DNA of 64,000 nucleotides from positions 16,629 through 80,628 of the forward strand of contig JBBTRK010000014.1 in NCBI GenBank assembly GCA_038065235.1, given 5' to 3'. Under the pieces are notes generated by a model. The model ran no database searches and had not been told where the DNA came from. It worked only from the letters and a program-made list of their open reading frames with translations. Shown piece after piece: positions 47,176 to 56,879 of the stretch. This DNA is from Patescibacteria group bacterium. GTDB taxonomy: Bacteria; Patescibacteriota; Patescibacteriia; PEXW01. The first letter of the stretch is position 1; each line of letters begins with the position of its first letter. Both the position numbers and the translations under genes were made by a program.

Positions 47176-47177
47176 GC

Positions 47178-48380
47178 TTACTTAATGTTTAACGTCCGAC
47201 CTTCGGGCAAAACTTCGATCCAGGTATTGCCGGGGAGGAACGTCGCTGGGGTTCCGTCAGCCAAGGTGAATACGGTGCGGTCTTCAGATTTCACTTTGCT
47301 CCATGTGATATCCAGAACCTGCCCTTTCTGAAACAGCTGCGCTTTCCCCGTACCCGTCACTGACATAGCTAAGCGCCCCTTCTCACCGACTGCTATTTTG
47401 TTAGAGACACGCTGAATGACAAGGTTGGTGACGCCAAGAGTTGCTTTCGTCAAACGATCCTGGTGCTCTTTGCCAGCCTGACTGCGTAGCCACTGCTGCT
47501 TCGCCGCATCGTAGGTATAGCTCACCTCGGTACTCTTCGTGCGGCCAGTGAAATAGAAGGTGACGTTCTTCGCGGCAACCCCAGCAGCGAGCGTAGTGCC
47601 GAACGTCCACGGTGTTAGTGTGATGTCGGAGTACTTAAGTTTATTCGCCCGAGTGGTGATGAACATTTTCATCCCGCTAGTGTACAAATTGTGCGGCGCT
47701 GGGCGAGTACTATCGCGAAAGAATGCGTTCGACGCGCTCCCAATGCCGTTGATGTCGTGGATACGTTCACGACGGATGTTTGTGAGCGCCTCGGGCGAAC
47801 CACCCGCATGGGCGTAAGCAGCCTCGTACTCTGCGAGCCACTCTAAGAAATACTGGCGCGCCGAGCGTACTGGGCCAATTTCTTTCACATCCCCTTGGTC
47901 AAACACCGCCATGAAACGCGTAATGCCGCCTTCGACGAGCGCTTCGTACACAATCGATGCAGCCTGCAGCGAAGATTGTGGCCGTGCTGATCCTGCATTA
48001 TCAATCATGACCGCGACTGGGTAGAAGTGCCCGTGGCTGAAACGGTTCCCCCCGGTGAGGTCAGGGGCAAACTCTGTTGGCACAGTGCTGACTTTTTGCT
48101 TCGTGGTGGGAACGACGGTAATCGTTGCTTTCTTTGTGAAGTGTACGAATGCCACCAAGGACATACCGAGTGTGACGACGAGAATGGCGGCGAGGGTGAG
48201 GTAGGTCCAGCGCGTCCAGTGGTGGTGGGAGAGTGGCGCTAACCCAAGCGGACCCACAGGTGTGGGTGTGGGGATTTGCGGTTTCGCAGGCGGGATAACT
48301 GATTTCACCGGTACTGCTTTAACGATAATATTTTTCTTCGGCGCTGGTTTTGCGTTTACGGTTGGTTTTGGTTTTGGCAT
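47178..48380 (-). CDS. DUF3048-domain protein (YerB-like), membrane-anchored
   Basis: 400 aa. DNAGSARPQSSLQAASIVYEALVEGGITRF is the DUF3048 core. Confidence 0.65.
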   Translation of the reverse strand: MPKPKPTVNAKPAPKKNIIVKAVPVKSVIPPAKPQIPTPTPVGPLGLAPLSHHHWTRWTYLTLAAILVVTLGMSLVAFVHFTKKATITVVPTTKQKVSTVPTEFAPDLTGGNRFSHGHFYPVAVMIDNAGSARPQSSLQAASIVYEALVEGGITRFMAVFDQGDVKEIGPVRSARQYFLEWLAEYEAAYAHAGGSPEALTNIRRERIHDINGIGSASNAFFRDSTRPAPHNLYTSGMKMFITTRANKLKYSDITLTPWTFGTTLAAGVAAKNVTFYFTGRTKSTEVSYTYDAAKQQWLRSQAGKEHQDRLTKATLGVTNLVIQRVSNKIAVGEKGRLAMSVTGTGKAQLFQKGQVLDITWSKVKSEDRTVFTLADGTPATFLPGNTWIEVLPEGRTLNIK

Positions 48381-48410
48381 AGTTTTTTCGTTGCTGGGAG
48401 CGAGTGAGAA

Positions 48411-49484
48411 TTAGTAGGTAACGTATTTCTCTGGTAAGTCTACCACCTCTACCCAGGTTTGCCCGCGGTTGAGCTGGATAGCCGCCCCAGTACTGTCGAG
48501 TAGCTGAAGCTGTGATTCAGGTGAGGATTTCTTCCAGGTTCCAGTGACCATCTCGCCATCGCGGAAGAGCAAGAGCTTCCCTTCGCCGACAATCACAATG
48601 TCCCGCCGAAGCTTATCGAAAAGCTTCGACGTGGTGAACATGATGGCAACGTTCTTAGGCTCTAGTGCGCCGCCTTCCTTATCTATAGCGAGCGTGCCGG
48701 CCTGGCTGCGCTTGTACACGTTGCGGCTCGCATCGTAGGCAAAAGAGACACGGTAACTTGCTGTAGAAAAGTCCACGACAATAGGCTTCGTCGTAGGCGT
48801 TGCTACCGGCGAATCATCTTTAAAAGACCAGCTCTCATAGTCGCCGCGATCTTTGAATTTCATTGCCCGCCAGCCGAGCTCCATAAGGTGGAGGTTGGTG
48901 AATAGCGAGTGCTCTTGCGCCCGTCCAGGAATATTGTAGAAATTGTACTTCTTATAGAACTGATTGAAATCCGTAATCTTTGTCTTCTCAATTTCGATTT
49001 GCGCTTGCGGGGATTGCCCGGCGTGAACGTAGATACCATTGTAGGCACGGGCAAGCTGGACGAAGTATGGCCGAGCCGAACGGATTGGACCAATGTTGAG
49101 TTTACCATTCACCGCGAAGATGGCGAGAAAACGCGTAATACCGCCTTCCGCGAGCGCTTCATACACCACACCTGCTTTCGAAAGGCCACTCTGCGGCCGC
49201 ACCGAGGTGTGATTCTCCACCACCATCATGAGCGGCAGGTGGTTGGACTTCTCTGACTCCACGAGCACGCCGTCGAGCTTCCGGGGTACAAGCGCGGCGG
49301 TATCTAATTCACTATTCGTATTCGCACTGCCATCATCGTTGGCGGCGCTCCCACGGAATGTCAAGTAGCCCCCAATGCCAATTAGCACCAGCGCTCCAGC
49401 GCCCGCAGCGATCAGCCAGGGCCAGCGGAGCTTACGCTTGCCAAACGTATAGTCACTTGGCCGATCGGTGAGCTTCTGACCCAT
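48411..49484 (-). CDS. DUF3048-domain protein, paralog
   Basis: 357 aa. ENHTSVRPQSGLSKAGVVYEALAEGGITRF. Tandem with the previous gene. Confidence 0.65.
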   Translation of the reverse strand: MGQKLTDRPSDYTFGKRKLRWPWLIAAGAGALVLIGIGGYLTFRGSAANDDGSANTNSELDTAALVPRKLDGVLVESEKSNHLPLMMVVENHTSVRPQSGLSKAGVVYEALAEGGITRFLAIFAVNGKLNIGPIRSARPYFVQLARAYNGIYVHAGQSPQAQIEIEKTKITDFNQFYKKYNFYNIPGRAQEHSLFTNLHLMELGWRAMKFKDRGDYESWSFKDDSPVATPTTKPIVVDFSTASYRVSFAYDASRNVYKRSQAGTLAIDKEGGALEPKNVAIMFTTSKLFDKLRRDIVIVGEGKLLLFRDGEMVTGTWKKSSPESQLQLLDSTGAAIQLNRGQTWVEVVDLPEKYVTY

Positions 49485-49488
49485 GGAT

Positions 49489-50205
49489 TTACTTCTTGTC
49501 TTTAGAATCTTTCTTCACTTCTTTTTTCACATCTTTTGCTGCAGCACCTTCTTCAGCTGCGTCTTCATCAGGTTTCTTCTCCGCAACCACCTTCTCCACC
49601 GCTTCCACATTCTCCTCGACCTTCTCATCCAGCGCCTTCAACTCTTCTTCGGTGCGTGGCGGCTCAACAACAGCGATAATATCTTCGGGTTTGGCGAGAA
49701 CCTGCACCTTCGACGGGATATTAATATCTGCAACCGTGATGCGGGAAGCAAAATCTACAAGCACACTAATGTCGACAATAATTTCGTGCGGGAGGTCAGC
49801 TGGTAAACACTTCACCTTAAGTGTGGAGTGGTTCTTCACCAGGATACCACCGAGCGCCTTCACCGCAGCTGACTCGCCGGTGTACGCCAAAGGCACGTCG
49901 TTAGTTATTTCCTCATCCATACGTACCTGGTAAAAATCCACGTGCAAAATTGCCCCTGTGGTCGGGTGGCGATCGACGTCTTGAATGAGTACTTGAACCG
50001 GCTTCTTGCCTGTCACATCAAGGGTGATAAGGGTAGATTCACCAGCAGTTAGGTACGCTTTCTCGAAGAGTGGGCGCGGGATAGCAACATTCTCGTTGGT
50101 AATGCCGTGGCCATAGACAACCGCGGGGATCATATCGACCTTCCGGAGCGAAGCGCGTTCCTGCTTGCTAATTGCACGGGGTGTAGCGGTGAGCTGCAGA
50201 TTCAT
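49489..50205 (-). CDS. rplY: 50S ribosomal protein L25 / general stress protein Ctc, with Lys/Glu-rich C-terminal tail
   Basis: Start set at the internal Met MNLQLTATPR; IPAVVYGHG is the L25 motif. The ORF-track N-extension is unlikely. Confidence 0.8.
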   Translation of the reverse strand: MNLQLTATPRAISKQERASLRKVDMIPAVVYGHGITNENVAIPRPLFEKAYLTAGESTLITLDVTGKKPVQVLIQDVDRHPTTGAILHVDFYQVRMDEEITNDVPLAYTGESAAVKALGGILVKNHSTLKVKCLPADLPHEIIVDISVLVDFASRITVADINIPSKVQVLAKPEDIIAVVEPPRTEEELKALDEKVEENVEAVEKVVAEKKPDEDAAEEGAAAKDVKKEVKKDSKDKK

Positions 50206-50293
50206 GGGATCTATGGAAGAAGAAAGAAAAGGCCCAACGGGCCAGGCAGGAAATCCAACGCGACTATACCATCGCTGCGAGCGGGCGTCAACC

Positions 50294-51400
50294 CTATCCC
50301 GTAGACCGCCTTCGAACCGCCACACTCTGAACCAAACCTAGCCCTATAATACTGGCCACGAGCGAACTCCCGCCTGAGCTAACAAAAGGGAGTGGAATAC
50401 CAGTCACCGGAAGCAAACCCATGTTCATGCCGACGTTGATGAGGAGGTGAATAGCGATGCCAATGCTGATTCCTGTGCACAGGAACGCCCCAAAATCATC
50501 TCGCGACTGGCGAGCAATGACTACAGTGCGCATGAGCACCACCCCAAAACTCCCGAGGAGCACGAGCACGCCGATGAAGCCGAACTCCTCGGCGAGCACA
50601 GCGAAAATGAAGTCAGTTTGCTGCTCGGGCAGGAAGTTGAGCTGGCTCTGTGTGCCTTGGCCGAAGCCCCGACCGAAGAGCTGCCCCGAACCGACCGCAA
50701 TGATTGCCTGCTTCACATTGTAGCCACTCTTCAGCGGATCGGCAGTGGGATTCACCAGTACCCGGATCCGATCTTTCTGGTACCCCTGGAGCAAGAACAT
50801 GTAGCTCACCACTGCTGCAATGATGAAAAGCACTAAGAGCAAGACGAGCTGCTTTGCCCGCACGTTAGCGGTCAGCAAGAGACCCACGTATATACCCGCA
50901 ACGACCACGGCCGAACCGAGATCTGGCTGGCGGAGAATGAGCACAATAAGACCGAGCGCAAAGGCACCGCTAATTGCGAGGTGACGCCACTGGTCGAAAG
51001 CCCGAGCGTACCGAGAGAGGTAGGCGGCGAAGGCAATAATCCAGAGCACTTTCACAATTTCCACAGGCTGAAAGCTGACACCAGCAAAGACGAACCAACC
51101 CGTCGTATTCCGAATTGTCGTACCAAAAAACAACACGCCGATTAGGAGTATTGCAGCCGTCACGTACGCCGCCGTACTCCACCCCCGCAGAGTTCGGTAG
51201 TCAACCAGCACCGCAATGACGTAGAGGACGACGCCGAGCGCAAGGAACGTCAACTGGCGGGTGAAAGTCCCCCACTCGGGCGGCGACTTCGCAATGGTCA
51301 CGCTCGCGAGCGCGATGAGACCAAAGAGAACCAAAATCGTACTGGCACCGAATAGGAGCCAGTCAACCTTCGTCAGTGACCGAAGATTCCACCGCGCCAT
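50294..51400 (-). CDS. ftsW: SEDS-family peptidoglycan glycosyltransferase (FtsW/RodA)
   Basis: 368 aa, ~10 TM helices. Conserved GxSQ/NFLPE region (LPEQQTDFIFAVL) and C-terminal PFVSSGGSS. Confidence 0.85.
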   Translation of the reverse strand: MARWNLRSLTKVDWLLFGASTILVLFGLIALASVTIAKSPPEWGTFTRQLTFLALGVVLYVIAVLVDYRTLRGWSTAAYVTAAILLIGVLFFGTTIRNTTGWFVFAGVSFQPVEIVKVLWIIAFAAYLSRYARAFDQWRHLAISGAFALGLIVLILRQPDLGSAVVVAGIYVGLLLTANVRAKQLVLLLVLFIIAAVVSYMFLLQGYQKDRIRVLVNPTADPLKSGYNVKQAIIAVGSGQLFGRGFGQGTQSQLNFLPEQQTDFIFAVLAEEFGFIGVLVLLGSFGVVLMRTVVIARQSRDDFGAFLCTGISIGIAIHLLINVGMNMGLLPVTGIPLPFVSSGGSSLVASIIGLGLVQSVAVRRRSTG

Positions 51401-51403
51401 AGG

Positions 51404-52237
51404 CTAGCGTGAAACAATCCCGCGGTGCACTTCGGGGTAGACGTCTGCTTGCTGGATGTTCGCGATGACCGTATCCCACTCCACCGAGAATGGTTGCGTT
51501 TGCTCGGCATCGATGTGCGAGAGGATAGTACTGCCGACGCCGACCGTAGCACCACCCCGGGTGAGTACGACGGACACTCGCAGTCCATCGAGTGCAACGA
51601 AGGCGCTATTCACAATTGTGCCAGTCACTTGTGTGACCGTACGCTGCTGATTCTCACCGGTGACGAGCGTACGCAAACCAGTTGTGACGTTCACCGGCTT
51701 CACATCAATCTTCTCGGCGGCTTCGGTTGGCGTGAGCCGTGCCCAGGTGGTATCGGTCACGGTCATCGTCCCACTTGGAGTTGTTGCATTCGCTGGGCCT
51801 TCGACGTTCAAGGCCATAGCGTACCGTACGCTCTTCGGCGGCAGGATGATGATAACTGGAGAGAGTGGCTTGACCCCCCCAGCAAACTGAACCGTGACGA
51901 CTGCAGACCACGTAGTATTCGTATTCTCCAGCCGGGACGAGAAATCATAGCGGGACTGGCTGTGCGGCGTCGTCGCGACGATTCCTGTTGCAATTGGCGT
52001 TGGAGCAATATTCGCCTGTGCCTTACCGACTGCTGAAGTGCTCGCGACGACAGTTGCTACGACGTCTGAAGAATCGCGGAATCGGAAGACGAGAAGCATC
52101 CCCTGAGTGAGGAAGAGGGCCAACAGAAAAATATCCACAGCCATGAGGACGAGGACCCACCACTTGCGAAGTTGCTGGCGGTTGGTGAGGTACCAGTAGT
52201 TGAGTTTAAGCCCAAGGTCCGAGAGCGTGTCTGCCAT
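51404..52237 (-). CDS. Hypothetical membrane-anchored protein upstream of ftsW
   Basis: 277 aa. N-terminal TM. Thr/Val-rich beta region. No motif recognised. Confidence 0.45.
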   Translation of the reverse strand: MADTLSDLGLKLNYWYLTNRQQLRKWWVLVLMAVDIFLLALFLTQGMLLVFRFRDSSDVVATVVASTSAVGKAQANIAPTPIATGIVATTPHSQSRYDFSSRLENTNTTWSAVVTVQFAGGVKPLSPVIIILPPKSVRYAMALNVEGPANATTPSGTMTVTDTTWARLTPTEAAEKIDVKPVNVTTGLRTLVTGENQQRTVTQVTGTIVNSAFVALDGLRVSVVLTRGGATVGVGSTILSHIDAEQTQPFSVEWDTVIANIQQADVYPEVHRGIVSR

Positions 52238-52299
52238 AGGCTGTAGTATACCCGCCCCAGCTCAGCTCGGCTAGGCAAACTGCACCTACGGGTTTCGGG

Positions 52300-52878
52300 T
52301 TACGAAAAGGTTAATTCCTTACTCTCCACGTCCTTCGTCGATTCATGGTAATCAGCGAACTCATTGTACTGAATTTTTTCATAGAGCTCTGCATTAAACG
52401 GCAGCTGATCGACAAAGGTACGGTCGTCTGGATGGACAGTTTTCACCACGTAGTACCGCAGCGCTTCATTCGACGGGATGCGAAAAGGCAAACCCTCAAG
52501 CTTCAGGACTTGGCATCGGTCAAAAATCTCTTTTGGGTACTTGGCGTGAAACCACTCTCGTTCTCGCTCGTAGTACAAACCTCGATCGAACAGCTCGAAC
52601 ACGTCAACTTTACAATCGGATTTGTATAAGACGTACTTTAACCCCTGTTGTGTGACACGAAAGCCATCCGCAAAGCATGCCTGCAAAAAATCCTGCATGT
52701 CTTGTTCGTGCATGCAGACGTCAACATCACCGTGTGTCCGAGTGATGTGGCCAACCTTTGCGTCGACAGCAAAGCCACCAACCACCCAGTAGCGGAAGTG
52801 CCTGCGCTCGCAGAGTTGGACGACTGCCCGTAAAACCCCGAAAACATCGTTCACCATAGCAAGAGTATACTCGCCCAC
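52300..52878 (-). CDS. Nucleotidyltransferase-fold protein (lincosamide / aminoglycoside-2''-nucleotidyltransferase-like)
   Basis: 192 aa. GG...hGDVDV motif (YWVVGGFAVDAKVGHITRTHGDVDVCMHEQD). Confidence 0.5.
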   Translation of the reverse strand: MGEYTLAMVNDVFGVLRAVVQLCERRHFRYWVVGGFAVDAKVGHITRTHGDVDVCMHEQDMQDFLQACFADGFRVTQQGLKYVLYKSDCKVDVFELFDRGLYYEREREWFHAKYPKEIFDRCQVLKLEGLPFRIPSNEALRYYVVKTVHPDDRTFVDQLPFNAELYEKIQYNEFADYHESTKDVESKELTFS

Positions 52879-52923
52879 CCGCTCCCCTACCAGCGGAAAA
52901 CCATTGTGCTATACTAGTCCCCT

Positions 52924-53241
52924 ATGAGCACCGGGGACATCCTCAATATTGTCATCGCCATTGTCCTGCTCGCTGTTGGCGGCTTCACCGTCTGGCTGCT
53001 GTACTACTTGGTCCAAATAGTGAAAGATCTGTACCGAGCAATCGAGGATTTCCGGAAGATGCTGGACAGCGTGAAGCAGCGCCTGGAGCACATTGGCGAC
53101 TTTCTGGACACCATCCAGACTAAAGTTTCCTCGTCGGCCTCTGCCATTGCCAGCATCGTGCGCGTCGTCGGCGACCTGACGAGTTTGGTGAAGAACCGAA
53201 AAACTAAAAAGGCTGCACCACCCGCTGACGATTTGGAGTAG
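52924..53241 (+). CDS. DUF948-like small membrane protein
   Basis: 105 aa. N-terminal TM then a helical region. Confidence 0.45.
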   Translation: MSTGDILNIVIAIVLLAVGGFTVWLLYYLVQIVKDLYRAIEDFRKMLDSVKQRLEHIGDFLDTIQTKVSSSASAIASIVRVVGDLTSLVKNRKTKKAAPPADDLE

Positions 53242-53365
53242 CTAGCAAAAATGATTTGATAACCAGGGTGTTATATATAGCGCCCACTTTTTTGTAGTCA
53301 CATAATATACGCAAGATCCCGGATCGGAGTCCGGGATGACAATGTGGTAAAGTCAGTCTTGACCT

Positions 53366-56300
53366 ATGTCCTTCGTCCACCTCCACGTCCACTCCCACTA
53401 CTCCCTCCTCGACGGCTTGCCGAAGATCGATGATTTGATTGCGCACGTGCAGAAACTTGGCGCACCAGCTGTAGCCCTTACAGACCATGGCGTGCTATAT
53501 GGCGCGGTGGAGTTTTATCAAAAGGCGGTGAAAGCTGGCATCAAGCCAATCATCGGCGTGGAGACGTACGTCGCCCGGCGCACCCTCCACGACAAGGAAG
53601 CGCGCATCGACGAACGACCATTCCACCTAGTGCTCTTGGCGACAAACCTGACGGGTTACAAAAATCTCATCGCACTCGTGTCAGTTGCGCATCTCGAAGG
53701 TTTCTACTACCGCCCCCGTGTAGACCATGACCTGCTGAAGAAGCACAGCGAGGGGCTCATTGCATTGTCTGCCTGCTTGCAAGGGGAAGTTGCCAATGCA
53801 ATTCTCGGCAAAATTAACGCCACGCCGGATGAGGTTGTGGAGAAGCACATTGCGACATTCGGCAAGAAGAACTACTTCCTCGAAGTCCAGTCGCACCCAG
53901 ACATCCCAGACCAAGTAAAGGTGAACGATGCAGTATTTGCACTGGCGATGAAGCACGGCGTGCAAGTCGTCGCCACGAATGACGTGCACTACCTAAAGAA
54001 GGAGGATGCCGAGATTCAGGACGTGCTGCTCGCCATCCAGACGAAGACCACGATGGACGACCCCAAGCGCATGTCGTACAAGGGCGTGGATGTGAGCATG
54101 CGCAGCGAAGCCGAAATGGCGGCCGCGTTCCCCGACCATCCCGAAGTCCTCACCAACACCGCCGCCATTGCTGAGCGCTGCAACGTTGAACTGGAACTCG
54201 GTAAAACCCAGCTCCCGCACTTCGAAGTACCAAAGGGCGAAACGGCCGAAACGTATTTACGGCAGCTCTGCGAGCAGGGTATCCCCCGTCGGTACCCGGG
54301 CCGCGAGAGCGACCCAGTCGTCCTGCAGCGTTTGGAATACGAATTCGGCGTCATTGAGAAGACTGGCTTCGCTGGGTACTTCCTCATCGTGCAGGACTTT
54401 GTGAACTGGGCTAAAGAGCATGGCGTCGTGGTTGGACCAGGCCGTGGTTCTGCTGCCGGGTCGATCGTTTCGTACCTCACGAATATCACGAACGTTGACC
54501 CCATTGCTTACGACCTGCTATTTGAAAGATTTTTGAATCCCGAGCGTATATCCATGCCAGATATCGACTTGGACTTCGCCGACACGCGCCGCGATGAAGT
54601 GCTGAAGTACGTCGGCGAACGGTACGGCCACGACCACGTCGCGCAAATTATAACTTTTGGGACTATGGCCGCCCGCGCTGCCATCCGTGACGTCGGCCGC
54701 GCCCTGGGCTTCCCCTACACCTACTGCGACCGCGTGGCCAAGCTCATTCCCATGTTCACGACCTTGCAAGAAGCGCTCGACACAATCCCGGAACTGAAGG
54801 AAATCGCCGAACAGGACGAAGATGGTCGGCGCTTGCTGCAGACTGCCATGCGCTTGGAGGGTGTGGCCCGACACGCTTCGGTGCACGCGTGCGGCGTGGT
54901 CATTACCAAAGGCCCACTCATAGAACACGTACCAATTCAACACGCCGGTCCTGATGACGAAACAATTATTTCCCAATACTCCCTGCACCCAATCGAAGAC
55001 CTGGGTTTGCTGAAGATGGACTTCCTCGGGCTGCGAAACCTCACCGTGCTGGAGCAGACCATTGAGATTGCCCGCAAAGGTCGCGGCCGAGTATACGACC
55101 TCGATAAACTCCCGCTGGATGATAAGGGCACGTACGCGCTCTTGCAGGCCGGTCACACCACGGGCGTCTTCCAGTTTGAATCTGGCGGTATGCGGCGCTA
55201 TTTGAAAGAGCTCAAGCCGACGGAACTGGAAGACCTTATTGCTATGGTGTCGCTGTACCGACCTGGACCAATGGAATTCATCCCCGACTTCATTGCCCGC
55301 AAGCAGGGGAAACAGAAGGTCACCTACATCCACCCCAAGTTGGAAAAGAGCTTGGCGAAGACCTACGGGGTGGCGGTGTACCAAGAACAAATTATGGAGC
55401 TAGCACGCGATCTGGCTGGCTTCACCCTGGGCGAAGCCGATGTGCTGCGGAAAGCCGTGGGCAAAAAAATATCCAAGCTTCTCAAGGAGCAGCGCGACAA
55501 GTTCATAGTCGGGTGTGTGAAGAACGGCATCGCGAAAGCTACGGCAGAGAAGATCTTTGACTTCATTGAACCGTTCGCCCGTTACGGGTTCAACCGGTCG
55601 CACGCCGCCTGCTACGCGCTCATCGCCTACCAGACGGCGTACTTCAAGGCCACGGAACCCGAAGCGTTCATGGCCGCCCTCCTCACGGGCGACCAAAGCA
55701 ACATCGATCGTATCGCCATCGAAATTGACGAGTGCCGACAAATGGGCTTGACCGTGCTACCGCCGGACATCAACGAGAGCTACTCCACCTTTACCGCGGT
55801 GTACGATGCCGCAACGAAAACTCCAACGCGAACCATCCGCTTCGGCTTGAACGCTATTAAGAACGTGGGCGACAATGTTGTGCGAGCAATTGTGCACGAA
55901 CGAAAAGCGAATGGCCTGTTCGCCAGCCTCGAGGATCTGCTCCGCCGCGTGCAGGTGAAAGACTTCAACAAGAAGTCCGTGGAGAGCCTCATCAAAGCCG
56001 GCGCCCTAGACCGCTTCGGCGAGCGCGGCCAGCTTTTGGCGAACATCGATACCATCCTGCAGTACAACAAGCACGCCACCCAAGCGGTGAATGCCAACCA
56101 AGACTCGCTCTTCATGAATTTGCCCGCCGCCAAAGCCCCGTCACTCTCCTTGAAACCTGCAGAACCAATGTCGAAACGCGAATCTCTGCAGTGGGAGAAA
56201 GAACTGCTCGGCCTCTACCTCTCGGACCACCCATTGAAAGCGTACCAAGACCAGCTGAACCTCATCACCACGCCGATGAGCACGTTGCATGAACACGGCA

Positions 56301-56806
56301 AAGATGAACGCGTCCGCATCGGTGGTATTATCACTAAAGTACATAAGATAATGACCAAACGGCAAGAACCCATGCTCTTCGTGCGGGTGGAAGATGCGGT
56401 TGGTGCGGTTGAGGTCATCGTATTCCCGAAACTCTTCCAGCAGAGCCAGGCACTCTGGACGCTCGAAAGACTCATTATCGTGGAGGGCAAGACCTCAGAC
56501 AAAGACGGGGAGACCAAAATCCTGGCTGATGCCGTGCGCGAGCTAGACACCGTGGCGCTCCAGGCCTACGCCACGACGCACGAAGTTGGCCGGCCGCTCG
56601 TCATTCACGTGCCAGCTGACCTCTCCCGCGCAAAGCTGGCCGAAATTCAAGCCATTCTTGAGAAGTACCCCGGCCCAACGCCAGTGGAGCTCAGCGCGAA
56701 AAATGAGAATGGTGGTAAACGCGTCCCCCTCCCCAACCGAATAAACAGCGGCGCGGCGTGGAGCGACCTGGCAAACCTCGTCGGTGCCTCTGCTTTGCGG
56801 AGGTAG
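53366..56806 (+). CDS. dnaE: DNA polymerase III alpha subunit
   Basis: 1146 aa. PHP N-terminus MSFVHLHVHSHYSLLDG. Polymerase core and OB domain. Confidence 0.95.
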   Translation: MSFVHLHVHSHYSLLDGLPKIDDLIAHVQKLGAPAVALTDHGVLYGAVEFYQKAVKAGIKPIIGVETYVARRTLHDKEARIDERPFHLVLLATNLTGYKNLIALVSVAHLEGFYYRPRVDHDLLKKHSEGLIALSACLQGEVANAILGKINATPDEVVEKHIATFGKKNYFLEVQSHPDIPDQVKVNDAVFALAMKHGVQVVATNDVHYLKKEDAEIQDVLLAIQTKTTMDDPKRMSYKGVDVSMRSEAEMAAAFPDHPEVLTNTAAIAERCNVELELGKTQLPHFEVPKGETAETYLRQLCEQGIPRRYPGRESDPVVLQRLEYEFGVIEKTGFAGYFLIVQDFVNWAKEHGVVVGPGRGSAAGSIVSYLTNITNVDPIAYDLLFERFLNPERISMPDIDLDFADTRRDEVLKYVGERYGHDHVAQIITFGTMAARAAIRDVGRALGFPYTYCDRVAKLIPMFTTLQEALDTIPELKEIAEQDEDGRRLLQTAMRLEGVARHASVHACGVVITKGPLIEHVPIQHAGPDDETIISQYSLHPIEDLGLLKMDFLGLRNLTVLEQTIEIARKGRGRVYDLDKLPLDDKGTYALLQAGHTTGVFQFESGGMRRYLKELKPTELEDLIAMVSLYRPGPMEFIPDFIARKQGKQKVTYIHPKLEKSLAKTYGVAVYQEQIMELARDLAGFTLGEADVLRKAVGKKISKLLKEQRDKFIVGCVKNGIAKATAEKIFDFIEPFARYGFNRSHAACYALIAYQTAYFKATEPEAFMAALLTGDQSNIDRIAIEIDECRQMGLTVLPPDINESYSTFTAVYDAATKTPTRTIRFGLNAIKNVGDNVVRAIVHERKANGLFASLEDLLRRVQVKDFNKKSVESLIKAGALDRFGERGQLLANIDTILQYNKHATQAVNANQDSLFMNLPAAKAPSLSLKPAEPMSKRESLQWEKELLGLYLSDHPLKAYQDQLNLITTPMSTLHEHGKDERVRIGGIITKVHKIMTKRQEPMLFVRVEDAVGAVEVIVFPKLFQQSQALWTLERLIIVEGKTSDKDGETKILADAVRELDTVALQAYATTHEVGRPLVIHVPADLSRAKLAEIQAILEKYPGPTPVELSAKNENGGKRVPLPNRINSGAAWSDLANLVGASALRR

Positions 56807-56879
56807 ACAATGCCTCCCCTCCTGCCGGAGGAGGGGTGCCCGAAGGGCGGGGTGGTGGGAGTAGTGCTACAATAGCCCC

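Noticed and set aside
56807-56879. GC-rich hairpin CCCCTCCT-GCCGG-AGGAGGGG after dnaE as a terminator
   Set aside because: The stem is strong but no U-tract follows. It may be a structural element or a Rho-dependent region; it is not called as an intrinsic terminator.
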